A stretch of DNA of 64,000 bases from Candidatus Poribacteria bacterium (GTDB taxonomy: Bacteria; Poribacteria; WGA-4E; PCPOR2b). How positions within the stretch are numbered: the stretch's first letter is position 1; every line of letters begins with the position of its first letter. A program made the translations under genes and the position numbers. The notes below the pieces were generated by a model. It saw only the letters and a list, made by a program, of their open reading frames with translations, searched no databases and was not told the DNA's origin. The DNA is taken from assembly GCA_965208325.1 (NCBI GenBank), contig OZ242326.1, positions 4,032,001 through 4,096,000 on the forward strand, read 5' to 3'. Below, one piece after another: positions 19,173 to 29,176 of the stretch.

Positions 19173-20537
19173 CTAATCGACCATTTGACTCATTAGTTCA
19201 CGGCCAACACGCCAGATGTCCCCGGCGCCAACCGTGATTACTATATCATTGGGCCGGACAATTTTCATTAAAACGCTTGCAACTTCCGATTTATCCGGAA
19301 TATACATTGCGCGGCGATGTCCGTGCGCCTGAATAGCCTGCGTCAGGTTTTCCGCTGTGACCCCTTCAACTGGGGCTTCCTCGGCCCCATAGATTGAAGT
19401 GACAACTAGCACATCTGTTTCAAAAAACGATTTCGAGAACTCTTCAGCAAGATGCTTAACGCGTTGGTAACGATGTGGTTGAAAGACAGCGATAATGCGG
19501 CGATTGTAACTCTCGCGTGCAGCACGAAACGTAGCTTTAAGCTTAGCCGGATTGTGGGCGTAATCGTCAACCACTATGACACCATTGGCTTCACCAATGA
19601 CTTCAAAACGGCGATGCACGCCCTGAAATGATTCCAAGGCATCTCGGAGCTGATCGAATGGCACGTCCAACTCCAATCCAACGGCGAAAGCGGCTAGGGC
19701 ATTGGAAATGTTGTGCCGGCCTGGCATTTTTAAGTGGACTTTACCTAAAATGTCTCCCCAGGCTCGTACTTGATATTGAGAAGTTGGCCCGTTGATCCGG
19801 ATTTGTTCTGCCGTTATATCTGCCCGAGTCTCAATACCATAAGTCACGTAGCGTTTCTCAAGTCGGGGGACGAGGCGCTGGATATTCTCTTGGTCTAAAC
19901 ACAACACTCCGGTTCCGTAAAACGGTACCTTATTGACAAAATTCAGGAACGTCTCGCCGATTTCTTCCACACTGCTGTAATAATCGAGATGATCTGCATC
20001 AACCGATGTTACAACTGCGATTGTCGGAAAGAATTTTTCAATGGAACCATACGCTTCATCTGCTTCAACCACCATAATTTCGCCGCGCCCAATCCGTGCG
20101 TGGCTTCCCAGACTGACCAGTTTGCCGCCGACGATGACGGTTGGGTCGAGTTTCTCTAACACGGCGGCTGTCATTGCAGTTGTCGTGGTTTTGCCGTGAG
20201 TCCCGCTAATGGCAACACTTGCCTTCATCCGCATTATCTCCGCGAGCATTTCTGCACCGCGAATAACGGGGATATTTCGGTTTTTTGCAGCCACTACCTC
20301 CGGGTTCTCTTGCGGTACGGCCGGTGAAACGACAACAACGTCGGCGCCCGATATTTGTTCGGCGGCATGCCCATAATATACTTTTGCACCTAGTGTAACA
20401 AGATGCTGCGTAGTTTCCGTTTGGTACAAATCCGATCCGGAAATCCAAAAGTCAAGGCTTAACAAGATTTCTGCAATCCCGCTGAGTCCAGCGCCGCCGA
20501 TGCCAATAATGTGAATATGGCGTGTTGCTCCAAACAT
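19173..20537 (-). CDS. murC: UDP-N-acetylmuramate--L-alanine ligase
   Basis: IGIGGAGLSG, GTHGKTTTT, VEADE, DADHLD, GVHRRFE, DDYAHNP and VFQPHRY motifs. Confidence 0.97.
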   Translation of the reverse strand: MFGATRHIHIIGIGGAGLSGIAEILLSLDFWISGSDLYQTETTQHLVTLGAKVYYGHAAEQISGADVVVVSPAVPQENPEVVAAKNRNIPVIRGAEMLAEIMRMKASVAISGTHGKTTTTAMTAAVLEKLDPTVIVGGKLVSLGSHARIGRGEIMVVEADEAYGSIEKFFPTIAVVTSVDADHLDYYSSVEEIGETFLNFVNKVPFYGTGVLCLDQENIQRLVPRLEKRYVTYGIETRADITAEQIRINGPTSQYQVRAWGDILGKVHLKMPGRHNISNALAAFAVGLELDVPFDQLRDALESFQGVHRRFEVIGEANGVIVVDDYAHNPAKLKATFRAARESYNRRIIAVFQPHRYQRVKHLAEEFSKSFFETDVLVVTSIYGAEEAPVEGVTAENLTQAIQAHGHRRAMYIPDKSEVASVLMKIVRPNDIVITVGAGDIWRVGRELMSQMVD

Positions 20538-20544
20538 AGAGGTC

Positions 20545-21654
20545 TCAAACCTTATTGGGTATTAAGAGAGAATTGATTGCTGTTGCGATTTCTTCACCTG
20601 CCTTCGGATTTCCCATTTGACGGGCAGCGGTTGCCATCCGTTGAAGTTTTGCTGAATCGGTAATGATTTGGATAATGCATTCAGCGACATCGGCGCCGGT
20701 CGTTAATTCCTCATTCAGCACGACCCCTGCACCCCGGTCTGCAACGGCTTGAGCGTTCAATCTCTGGTGATTGGCGGCAGCAGTTGGCAGGGGAATGAAA
20801 ATCGCCGGAATTCCGCACGCTGTGACTTCAGAAATTGTCATTCCACCAGCCCGGCAAATCATCAAATCTACAACGCTATAAACCGACTCGATCGAATCAA
20901 TATACGGTTGAATCAAATGCCGCAATGGTGAACTCTTGTAGGCATCCGTGACTTCTTGGTAATCTTTTTCTCCTGTCTGGTGAATGATTTGTAACTGCTG
21001 ATTGTGCGCTGATAGATTAACCAACGCGTCTATTACGATTTTGTTAATTTTATGTGCGCCTTGACTTCCTCCCATCACCAACACAGTCTTCAGATTCGCA
21101 TTGAGTCCAAATCTTTCATATGTTGCAATACTACGTTTAATGCCACCAATTGAACGGCGTATGGGATTACCAGTTACCTTGGCAACTCTGACAGGAAAAT
21201 AGGATACAGCCGATTCAAATGCGAGATAGACACATTTCGCCCAACGCCCCAAGATTCGATTTGTGAGACCTGGATACGCATTTTGTTCTTGGACGATGGT
21301 TGGGATACCGAGCAGTGAAGCGGAAAAGAGTACAGGGCCGCTAACATAGCCGCCCGTTCCCACCACGACGCTGGGTTTCAACCCTTTGAGAAGGCGTAGG
21401 GAGTAAACAAAGCCCGCACAAACCTCCCCAATAATTGGCAACCACCTCCACGTCAATTTCCGCGGCAACCCCGCAACGGGAATTGAGATGAAACGAAATC
21501 CGTGCTGCGGAACGATTTTCGATTCTAGGCGATTCGATCCGCCAATGAACACAATCTCATTAGTTGGATCGAGAGCGATTAGTTCATTTGCAATGCCAAT
21601 TGCGGGATAAATGTGGCCGCCCGTCCCGCCACCGGAAATGGTGATTAATGGCAT
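20545..21654 (-). CDS. murG: Lipid I N-acetylglucosaminyltransferase
   Basis: GGGTGGHIYP, GTGGYVSGP, EQNAYPGLTN, GNPIR, GGSQGA, RAGGMT and HQRLNA motifs. Confidence 0.97.
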   Translation of the reverse strand: MPLITISGGGTGGHIYPAIGIANELIALDPTNEIVFIGGSNRLESKIVPQHGFRFISIPVAGLPRKLTWRWLPIIGEVCAGFVYSLRLLKGLKPSVVVGTGGYVSGPVLFSASLLGIPTIVQEQNAYPGLTNRILGRWAKCVYLAFESAVSYFPVRVAKVTGNPIRRSIGGIKRSIATYERFGLNANLKTVLVMGGSQGAHKINKIVIDALVNLSAHNQQLQIIHQTGEKDYQEVTDAYKSSPLRHLIQPYIDSIESVYSVVDLMICRAGGMTISEVTACGIPAIFIPLPTAAANHQRLNAQAVADRGAGVVLNEELTTGADVAECIIQIITDSAKLQRMATAARQMGNPKAGEEIATAINSLLIPNKV

Positions 21655-21766
21655 CAGATTTCCTCATGCGTGGAAAATAATATTGAAATTTGTTCTGAAA
21701 AATTGGGCGATTTCTGAAACTTAACACCAGATTTCCAAAACATGAGGTTTCGAAGCGAAGCCAAGC

Positions 21767-21800
21767 AGTTGTCAGGACACTATATGCCTGTCCGACAACT
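21767..21800. other. Hairpin in the ftsW-murG spacer
   Basis: AGTTGTC(A)GGACA-CTATATGCC-TGTCCGACAACT: a 12-bp stem with one bulge. Confidence 0.45.
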
Positions 21801-21841
21801 CATCCTATCCTTCTCTTTTCGAATTTTCTCATTCCTAAACC

Positions 21842-23077
21842 CTAATTCCGCCATTTGTTCCACTTCACTTCTTCTCCTTCGCCCGTCCACTGTTTCTCCG
21901 CGTTTTCCTGCTTTCCTACTTCGCCACTCTCTACACCGCGTGAGATGTTCAGCAAAATTCCAATACTAATTAAACTGACCATAAGCGACGAACCCCCGTA
22001 GCTAATAAAGGGCAAAGTGAGTCCTTTTGTGGGCATCATTCCGGTCACCACTCCAATATTGACAATGGTCTGTACACCAATGAGAATGGTAATGCCAAAC
22101 GCAAGTAAACTAGCGAATCTATCTGTAACATGAAGCGCGATATGGATGCCGCGCCACATAAACAACATAAATAGCGCGATGACACTGACGCCGCCAATGA
22201 AGCCGAGTTCTTCGCCAATAATAGTGAAAATAAAGTCTGTGTGTGGTTCTGGAAGATGCCGCAAGTAAATACTCTTGCCGATTCCACCTCCCAGTAAGTT
22301 GCCATGCGCTAATGCGCCTAACGACTGAGAAAGCTGATAATTTGTGTCATCAGGCGAAGTCAGGTATTGCAAATAGTCATGAATTCGCCCCATTTTATAC
22401 GAATCGTCTTGAATCGAGGCGTAAACAAAAAAACAAGCGGTTCCCGTAAGTAAGATAATCTGCGATAGACGAGCTCCTCCTACGAACAGGAGTGTAACAA
22501 TCACTAAACCTAACAGCACTGCGGATCCAAAATCAGGTTGTTTATATAGAAGCAGAAATACAATCGAGAGAATGAAGATACTAGGAAGTACGCCGTGCGT
22601 AAGACTGCGGATTTTGTCATGTTTGCGACTAAGAAAATGTGCAACATAGATGACCATCGCTAACTTGACGAGTTCAACAGGCTGAAATTGGAACTTGCTG
22701 ATTCGTACCCAACGATGAAAAGACTTACCTGACTCCGAATTTACATTATGTCCAAGCGGCGAAAAAACGAGCAGCAACCCGATGATGGAGATAATAAGAA
22801 TGTGTTTATTGTACTTTTCATAATACCTGAATGGTATGTAGGAAGCGATGAATAAACCAATCACTCCTAGTACACCGGCAATTAGCTGCGTTCTCAAATA
22901 GCGAAGGCTGTCTGGGTTGTATACTTCATAAGCAGGTCTGTTGCTCGAACTGTAGACCATTACGAAGCCAATTGCGACCAAGCAAAAAGTGACGAAAAGC
23001 AGGAAGTGATCAATACCTCCTTTATGGGGATAAATTTCATCATGATTTGAAAGGAGTTTTACTGACTGCCTTTTCAA
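21842..23077 (-). CDS. ftsW: SEDS peptidoglycan glycosyltransferase FtsW
   Basis: MVYSSS, RWV...FQPVELVK, QPDFG, LPEPHTDFIF, EELG and PTKGLTLPFISYGGSS motifs; located between murD and murG. Confidence 0.95.
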   Translation of the reverse strand: MKRQSVKLLSNHDEIYPHKGGIDHFLLFVTFCLVAIGFVMVYSSSNRPAYEVYNPDSLRYLRTQLIAGVLGVIGLFIASYIPFRYYEKYNKHILIISIIGLLLVFSPLGHNVNSESGKSFHRWVRISKFQFQPVELVKLAMVIYVAHFLSRKHDKIRSLTHGVLPSIFILSIVFLLLYKQPDFGSAVLLGLVIVTLLFVGGARLSQIILLTGTACFFVYASIQDDSYKMGRIHDYLQYLTSPDDTNYQLSQSLGALAHGNLLGGGIGKSIYLRHLPEPHTDFIFTIIGEELGFIGGVSVIALFMLFMWRGIHIALHVTDRFASLLAFGITILIGVQTIVNIGVVTGMMPTKGLTLPFISYGGSSLMVSLISIGILLNISRGVESGEVGKQENAEKQWTGEGEEVKWNKWRN

Positions 23078-24440
23078 GTCGATTCACAGCCTCCCGAAAC
23101 GCTTGTCCCCGTTCTTTATAATCTGCGTACATGTCAAAACTAGCATTTGCAGGCGACAGAAGTACAACGTCGCCCGGCGCGGCGTGCGCGTGCGCAGATT
23201 TAACAGCTTCGTCCATGGTTGCGGCATTCCACATAACGACCTGTGAAGAAAACGCGTTTCGGATTATTTGGGTGTGCGATCCGAGTAAAATCAACCCTTT
23301 GACTTTAGCCTGCATAGGCTGGATTAACGGGGCATAATCATTGCCCTTATCGTATCCGCCCATAATCAATAGAATCGGATTGGATAGCGATTCAAGCGCC
23401 GCCGCGACCGCAGCGACATTTGTTGCTTTGGAATCGTTAATGAATTGGACGCCATTGATAGTATTGACCATCTCGAATGCATGTTCGAGAACAGGATATT
23501 CAGCAGCCGAAAATTGACGAATTGCCGATTGAATTTGATCTGATGTGATACTTAAAATTTTTCCAACAGCTACTGCAGCGAGAACATTTCGGAGATTGTG
23601 GTTCCCGGCCAGCGGAACGTCGCGCTTGGTGAGAACACGCTTTGACTCACCGTCCCAATGCGCAAAGACTTCATCGTTTCGTACAAAAGTTCCCAAACCG
23701 GCAGGTGCGGACTCTGTGGTGAAGTAGACAGGTTTTGCCTGCGTTTCAGACGCACATGCAGCAAGAGTGGGGGCTTCCGCATTGAGAACAATCCAATCTT
23801 CTGAGGTTTGATTCGCGCAAATCCTCAACTTGGCGTTTCGATAGGCTTCCATGGATGCGTGTTGATCCAAATGATCCCGAGACAAATTCAAAATCACGCT
23901 CACCATCGGGCGAAATGTGGTTGTAGTTTGAAGCTGAAAACTGCTGGTTTCCACAACCACGAGATCTTCAGATGATAGGCTTTGGACCTTGCTCGACAGC
24001 GGTATGCCAATGTTGCCGGCAACGCACACGTTTCGGAAGTTCCCATCTTGTAAAATCGAGGCAGTTAACACCGTTGTCGTTGTCTTGCCTTTTGTTCCGG
24101 TGACAGCGACGATTGGCGCAGGGCATACGCTCGCGGCAACTTCTAGTTCCCCAACAATTGGAATACCGATTGAGCGTGCTTTCTTTAGAATCGGGATATG
24201 CAGCGGCACCCCCGGCGAAACAACAACCATGTCGACCTGTTCGATACTGCGCGTATCGTGGCGGCCGAGAATGAATTCTATAGGCCGATTCTTCAGTGCC
24301 GCGACGGTGGACCGGAGTTCCTGGAAGGATTTTTGGTCGGTGACGCGGACCTTTGCGCCAAGGTCGTCCAGCAGTTTGGCAACGGCGGCGCCGCTTCGCT
24401 GCAACCCAAAAACGGCAATCTGCTTGCCCGAAAATGTCAT
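23040..24440 (-). CDS. murD: UDP-N-acetylmuramoyl-L-alanine--D-glutamate ligase
   Basis: VVSPGVP, GTKGKTTT, GNIG, ETSSFQL, DHLD, NDSKATN and LLSPANASFD motifs. Confidence 0.95.
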   Translation of the reverse strand: MTFSGKQIAVFGLQRSGAAVAKLLDDLGAKVRVTDQKSFQELRSTVAALKNRPIEFILGRHDTRSIEQVDMVVVSPGVPLHIPILKKARSIGIPIVGELEVAASVCPAPIVAVTGTKGKTTTTVLTASILQDGNFRNVCVAGNIGIPLSSKVQSLSSEDLVVVETSSFQLQTTTTFRPMVSVILNLSRDHLDQHASMEAYRNAKLRICANQTSEDWIVLNAEAPTLAACASETQAKPVYFTTESAPAGLGTFVRNDEVFAHWDGESKRVLTKRDVPLAGNHNLRNVLAAVAVGKILSITSDQIQSAIRQFSAAEYPVLEHAFEMVNTINGVQFINDSKATNVAAVAAALESLSNPILLIMGGYDKGNDYAPLIQPMQAKVKGLILLGSHTQIIRNAFSSQVVMWNAATMDEAVKSAHAHAAPGDVVLLSPANASFDMYADYKERGQAFREAVNRLEKAVSKTPFKS

Positions 24441-24516
24441 CTCAATTCAATGCCTATATATTGCGCAATTTCGTAAAATGGATTCCGAGAAAACCACATG
24501 ACAAACAGTTTAACCT

Positions 24517-24545
24517 ATTTTAACATGTTGACGCCCGGGTGTCTA
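24517..24545 (-). promoter_or_regulatory. Sigma-70-type promoter for the murD operon
   Basis: Minus strand TAGACA-N17-TAAAAT with TG extension, ~75 nt upstream of the murD ATG. Confidence 0.5.
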
Positions 24546-24935
24546 GTATTTTTATAGGGCTAATTCGCCTTTGCAACCAAGACTGAACAACGTTTTTTCA
24601 ATTAAATCGCCGGAATGAAATTTTCACGAATCAGTGTCGATTGGGCGCGGTGCGTAACCTTAGCCGTATCTACAAAAACTTCGACGTTGTTGCGCGTCTC
24701 GGCACCATAGCCATTTAGGTTCATAGGAAAAAATGGTGGAATTGACCGATTGAAAATGAGGTTTAGAAGCATTTTACGCAAACAAATTAGGCAAATGTAT
24801 CTCTTTAACTGCAACGGTTTTGTCATTTAGGCTTGAATAGAGCAGTAAAAAGTCGCGCACAGAGGGATTTCTGATAGACCGAAAACTATTTCTGGCGGGA
24901 AGCGGGACACGGAGGAGGGGGTAGGAGAATACAGG

Positions 24936-24965
24936 TGTTTGGGGCAACTGTCATTGCCCCAAACA
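24936..24965 (-). terminator. Putative terminator hairpin after the large surface-protein gene
   Basis: TGTTTGGGGCAA-CTGTCA-TTGCCCCAAACA, a 12-bp perfect stem. The U-tract is weak. Confidence 0.5.
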
Positions 24966-25033
24966 GACCGTGCACGTTGATGGTTGGGACACAACAGGGA
25001 TTGGAATTCAAACCATCAACTGGGAATTTGATA

Positions 25034-28000
25034 CTATTTCAGAATTAACATCTTCCGCGTAGCGGAATAATCGCCGGCGGTCAGGCGGTAGAAATACAGA
25101 CCGCTGGCTACGTGCTCACCGAATTCGTTTCTGCCATCCCAATACGCGGCTTTCGTCCGATCCGTATAATTGCCTGCTGCTTGATGCCCTAAATCCAACC
25201 AGCGCACCAGCTCACCTTTGGAATCGTATATCGAAATTTGCACATCGGCGTGGTTCGACAGATGGTACGGTATCCACGTCTCAGGATTAAACGGATTCGG
25301 GAAATTCGGCAGCAGTTCAGCCGACTGCTGCGGCGCCGTGTCTCCACGTTCGATGCCTTCGTCCGTGTCTTCCATATCCTCTAAATCGTCCAATGCCACA
25401 CCCAAATCCCACAGGTGAATCACATTGTCGTAACCGCCGCTTGCAAGTATCCCGCCCCGGCTGACAGCTATACTCCGACCCCACTCGGTATGGCGTTCTA
25501 GCACGTGGAGCGGCGTGCCCGCTGCCGAGTCCCAAAGCCTGACGCTATTATCCTTACCCGTACTGGCAAGTATTTCACCATTCGGGTGGAATGCCGTGCT
25601 GAATACCCAGCCGGTATGCCCGGCAAGAACGCGGCTTGATTCTGTCTCGAGATTCCACAACCGGACGCTGCCATCCGCGCCGGCACTGGCAAGCGTGTTG
25701 CCATCATCGAACGCGACGCTCAATACCTGTTCCTCATGTCCGGAGAATTCCTTTGTGATTTCACCGGTTTCAGGATTCCACAGCCGGACAATCGCATCGC
25801 CGCCGCTGCTGGCGAGCATGTCCCCGCTCGGATGGAAGGCGACGCTCCAGGCGCGAACCGAGTGCGCACGTATGCGATGCTTACGCTCAATCCTTCTCAA
25901 GTTGGTAATATCCCAAATAGAAACAAATCCGTGGTCTGTTGCGGTTGCCACGGTGTTCCCATCAGGACTGAAGTCTATTCCCCAAACTGTACCGCCCGGT
26001 CTGATGATTTGTTTGAGTCTCCCCGTGTCTGATTCCCATAAAAAAACTCTGGCATCCATGCCGCCGCTCGCCAATGTGTTGCCGTCCGGACTGAATGCAA
26101 CCGAGCGCGCCGCAGATTGATGACCTTCAAGCGTCCGTATGAGTTCCCGTGTTTCAACTTCCCACAACCGGACGGTGTTATCGTTACGCGCACTGGCGAG
26201 TATTTTACCGTCCGGACTGAAAGCGACGCCGTATACCCGCTGCGTCCCGGTATCACCCGGATTCGCCGTAGGTTCAATTGTGTCAATGTATGTGGGTTCG
26301 GGAAATAACGGCGTTGCTGTAGCAGTAAACACAACCGTCTCATCTACGCCGGCGGCTGACACTTCCACGGCAATCTCACCGGGACTGTCACCAAACGTGA
26401 GCCTGGCAGAGGCTTGTCCAGCGGCGTCTGTGATGGAAGTTGAATCGAGCGTCGCCCTGGTTTGGTCGAAGTCGAACTGAACCGCAACCCCTTCTACCAC
26501 ACGGTATTGCGCATCCCGCACTTCAACCACGAGTGGGTCCGGAAGCGTGTCGTTAATTCGAGCGGTTTGATTGTCGCCCGACACTTTGAGCAAAGTTACG
26601 GCGCTGCCCGGTGTGTTGGGGACTGCGGCATGAAACTCTACTACTGTCACGCTGATGGTCTGAGTGGCGGTTGCGCCGTGTGAATCTGTCGCCGTCACGG
26701 TGATGACCGCACTCCCTTCTGCGACCGCCGTGATTGTCACCGTGTTCCCTGACAAGCTGACTGAAACGGCGCTGTTGCCGCCCGCGGCGGAATAGCTCAG
26801 TGCGTCTCCGTCCGGGTCCCTAAAACCGGCTGAAACTTGCTGGGTGTCTCCCACAGGCAACAGAATTGGGTCAATAGATCCCACAGCTTGGGGTACACGG
26901 TTAGAGTTGCGGGATGGTTCCGGATTGGGATTGGACGGACGCCCATTGCGAGGGGCATCTTCGAGTCCTACGGTGGCAGTGAATGACTCGGTTGTGCTCG
27001 TTGTTCCATCGTCAGCCGTCACCGATATGGTCGAAGTGCCTTCAGCCACGGGCGTAATCGTTAGTGTAGAACCGGACACGCCGACAGACGCGACCCCCGA
27101 TTCAGAGGAGGATGCTGAAAAGGTGAGCGTATCCCCGTCTGGGTCGCTGAAACTGCTTGATAAATCAACGGTGAGTGCGTCGCCGCCTACCGTAAGAGTT
27201 ACATTGGAAAGCGAACCCGTAGGCGGGTTGTTGGACGGCGTCCTCACCGTAACGTTAAATGTCATGCTCCCGGTGCCTTCCCCATCGTTACCCGTCACGG
27301 TTACGGCGGAAGTGCCTTCAGCCACCGGAGTGAGGGTGAGGGTTGAACCTGAAACGCTGGCGGTAACAGAATCTGAATTTGAGGAGCGTGTTGAAAAGGT
27401 AATCGTATCCCCATCCGGGTCGCTGAAGACGCTTGCCAAATCAACGGTTTTAGCGCTGTCCCCCTCGGTGAGCGTCATGTCGGAAATCCATCCTTCGGGC
27501 ACGCTGTTGAGCACCTTAGCCGTGAAGGTCACCGTCGTACTTGTTGTCCCGTCATTCGCCGTCACCGTTATGGTAGAAGTGCCTTTCGAACCTGCCTTGG
27601 AAATCGTAAGCGTTGAACCTGAAACGCTGACAGTTACATGGTCCGTATCCGAGGAGGACGCCGTGAAGCTGAGCGTATCCCCATCGGAGTCGGTGAAACG
27701 GTGCGCCAAATTGACGGTTCGTTTGCTGCTCCACTTGGAGAGCGTTACATCCGGTACATATCCTCTGGGCGCGTTGTTGACCACCGTAGCCGTGAAGTGC
27801 GGCGGTATCCAGCCCACTTCCCCATCGTCAGCCGTTATGCTGATGGTAGCGGAGCCCACAGCCACCGGAGTAAGCGTTAGGGTAGAACCGGACACGCTCG
27901 CAGTAACAACCTTTGTGTTTGAGGAACCCCCTGAAAATGTAAGGCTATCCCCATCGGGGTCGCTGAAGCTGCTTGACAGATCAATGGTCTTTGCGCCGCC

Positions 28001-28747
28001 CCCTGCGGTAAGCGTAACATTGGAAAGCGATCCCTGCGGCCGGCTATTGTTCACCGTAACCGTGAATGAGTCGAAGTCGGCGAATTCCGCGTCTCTGCCC
28101 CACACGCCTACTAGGGTAGAGCCTTTAGCCACCGGAGTGAGCGTTAAGGTAGAACCGGACACGCTCGCAGTCACGTTAGTATCAGCGGGATGTGCTGAGA
28201 ACGTGAGTTCGTCGCCGTCGGGGTCGCTGAAGTAGCTTGATAGATTAACGGACTGTGCGCCGCCCGCTACGGTAAGCGTCACATCGGAAATCTCTGATGC
28301 CACCGGTGGGCTATTGGCCACCGTCACCGAAAAGGAAACCTTCGCCCACCTGCCCGAGGGATCCGTCGCTGTAATGGTTATCTTCGTCTTCCCCACCGCC
28401 ACTGGCGTGATGGCGATTTTATCGGGTACCTGTATCGGCGTCCCGAAAAAATTCACTGTTTTGTAAGTCCACGAAACCGTTGCAACAGATGTTTTGCTGG
28501 ATTGAAATGAAAAAGAGAGGTTATCTCCGTCCGGATCGCTGAAAATGCTGTATGGGTCCTTCGTGACTGCGCCGTCACTTTTTTTTATGGTCATTGCCTC
28601 AACAGGGCGCACTGAAGGCCCTCGATTAGCCATCGCATCCGCTAACGGCGCGGCGATGAAAACCATCAGGCAGAAAAAGCAATACAGCTTTAGCAAAGAT
28701 TGTATTTGGCGCATGTTAGCCCCGTCACTTGGTACAACTACGTTCAT
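25034..28747 (-). CDS. Secreted protein: 7 cadherin/Ig-like repeats, a Big_1-like domain, a 7-bladed WD40 propeller and an FlgD/T9SS-like C-terminal domain
   Basis: Signal peptide; seven ~90-aa repeats with F(S/T/R)D(P/S)DGD; VSGDNQTA...PLVVEVRD; seven WD repeats (SVAFSPDG...VRLW); tail LLPNFPNPFNPETWIPY...YWDGRNE.GE.VASGLYFY...RKMLILK. Confidence 0.88.
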   Translation of the reverse strand: MNVVVPSDGANMRQIQSLLKLYCFFCLMVFIAAPLADAMANRGPSVRPVEAMTIKKSDGAVTKDPYSIFSDPDGDNLSFSFQSSKTSVATVSWTYKTVNFFGTPIQVPDKIAITPVAVGKTKITITATDPSGRWAKVSFSVTVANSPPVASEISDVTLTVAGGAQSVNLSSYFSDPDGDELTFSAHPADTNVTASVSGSTLTLTPVAKGSTLVGVWGRDAEFADFDSFTVTVNNSRPQGSLSNVTLTAGGGAKTIDLSSSFSDPDGDSLTFSGGSSNTKVVTASVSGSTLTLTPVAVGSATISITADDGEVGWIPPHFTATVVNNAPRGYVPDVTLSKWSSKRTVNLAHRFTDSDGDTLSFTASSSDTDHVTVSVSGSTLTISKAGSKGTSTITVTANDGTTSTTVTFTAKVLNSVPEGWISDMTLTEGDSAKTVDLASVFSDPDGDTITFSTRSSNSDSVTASVSGSTLTLTPVAEGTSAVTVTGNDGEGTGSMTFNVTVRTPSNNPPTGSLSNVTLTVGGDALTVDLSSSFSDPDGDTLTFSASSSESGVASVGVSGSTLTITPVAEGTSTISVTADDGTTSTTESFTATVGLEDAPRNGRPSNPNPEPSRNSNRVPQAVGSIDPILLPVGDTQQVSAGFRDPDGDALSYSAAGGNSAVSVSLSGNTVTITAVAEGSAVITVTATDSHGATATQTISVTVVEFHAAVPNTPGSAVTLLKVSGDNQTARINDTLPDPLVVEVRDAQYRVVEGVAVQFDFDQTRATLDSTSITDAAGQASARLTFGDSPGEIAVEVSAAGVDETVVFTATATPLFPEPTYIDTIEPTANPGDTGTQRVYGVAFSPDGKILASARNDNTVRLWEVETRELIRTLEGHQSAARSVAFSPDGNTLASGGMDARVFLWESDTGRLKQIIRPGGTVWGIDFSPDGNTVATATDHGFVSIWDITNLRRIERKHRIRAHSVRAWSVAFHPSGDMLASSGGDAIVRLWNPETGEITKEFSGHEEQVLSVAFDDGNTLASAGADGSVRLWNLETESSRVLAGHTGWVFSTAFHPNGEILASTGKDNSVRLWDSAAGTPLHVLERHTEWGRSIAVSRGGILASGGYDNVIHLWDLGVALDDLEDMEDTDEGIERGDTAPQQSAELLPNFPNPFNPETWIPYHLSNHADVQISIYDSKGELVRWLDLGHQAAGNYTDRTKAAYWDGRNEFGEHVASGLYFYRLTAGDYSATRKMLILK

Positions 28748-28860
28748 ATTTGACTATCCTTCCCTTAATCGTTGTGGAGTTGTTCGTCAATGTGAGATTC
28801 CAATCGAATCACGCATAAACGTCAGTCGAAGTAAATTATGAATCCGTAACATAGGGACTT

Positions 28861-28877
28861 TGCACAATCTGTGCCAA
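28861..28877 (-). promoter_or_regulatory. Sigma-54 (-24/-12) promoter upstream of the surface-protein gene
   Basis: Minus strand TTGGCACAGATTGTGCA versus consensus TGGCAC-N5-TTGCW: one mismatch, with GG and GC correctly spaced. Lies ~115 nt upstream of the ATG. Confidence 0.7.
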
Positions 28878-29176
28878 TGCGTCTGAACTCGCCGCACACT
28901 TGGCATCCGTGGGTTTCGAGGGAAACGGCTGGTGTCCGATTTTCAGCGGTCAAGAGGAAGTTCCACGGCAGATGAGGGGAGGGTAAGACTGGCGAAGTAT
29001 GGGAATGCTATCGCGGCGGGATATTAGTCGTACTCTTGAGTGTGGACTGCTACAGGAGTATTGTCTTGATTTGATGAATCCGGTATACTGCCGGCCTTGA
29101 AGGACAAACGATAAAGACCGAGTTTTCATGGAAAATCTCGGCTTCACGGCAGACGATTCTATTCAATCAGATGTGT

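Noticed and set aside
25515..28235. Long plus-strand ORFs (201 aa, 463 aa)
   Set aside because: Antisense shadows of the repetitive Ser/Thr/Val-rich surface-protein gene.
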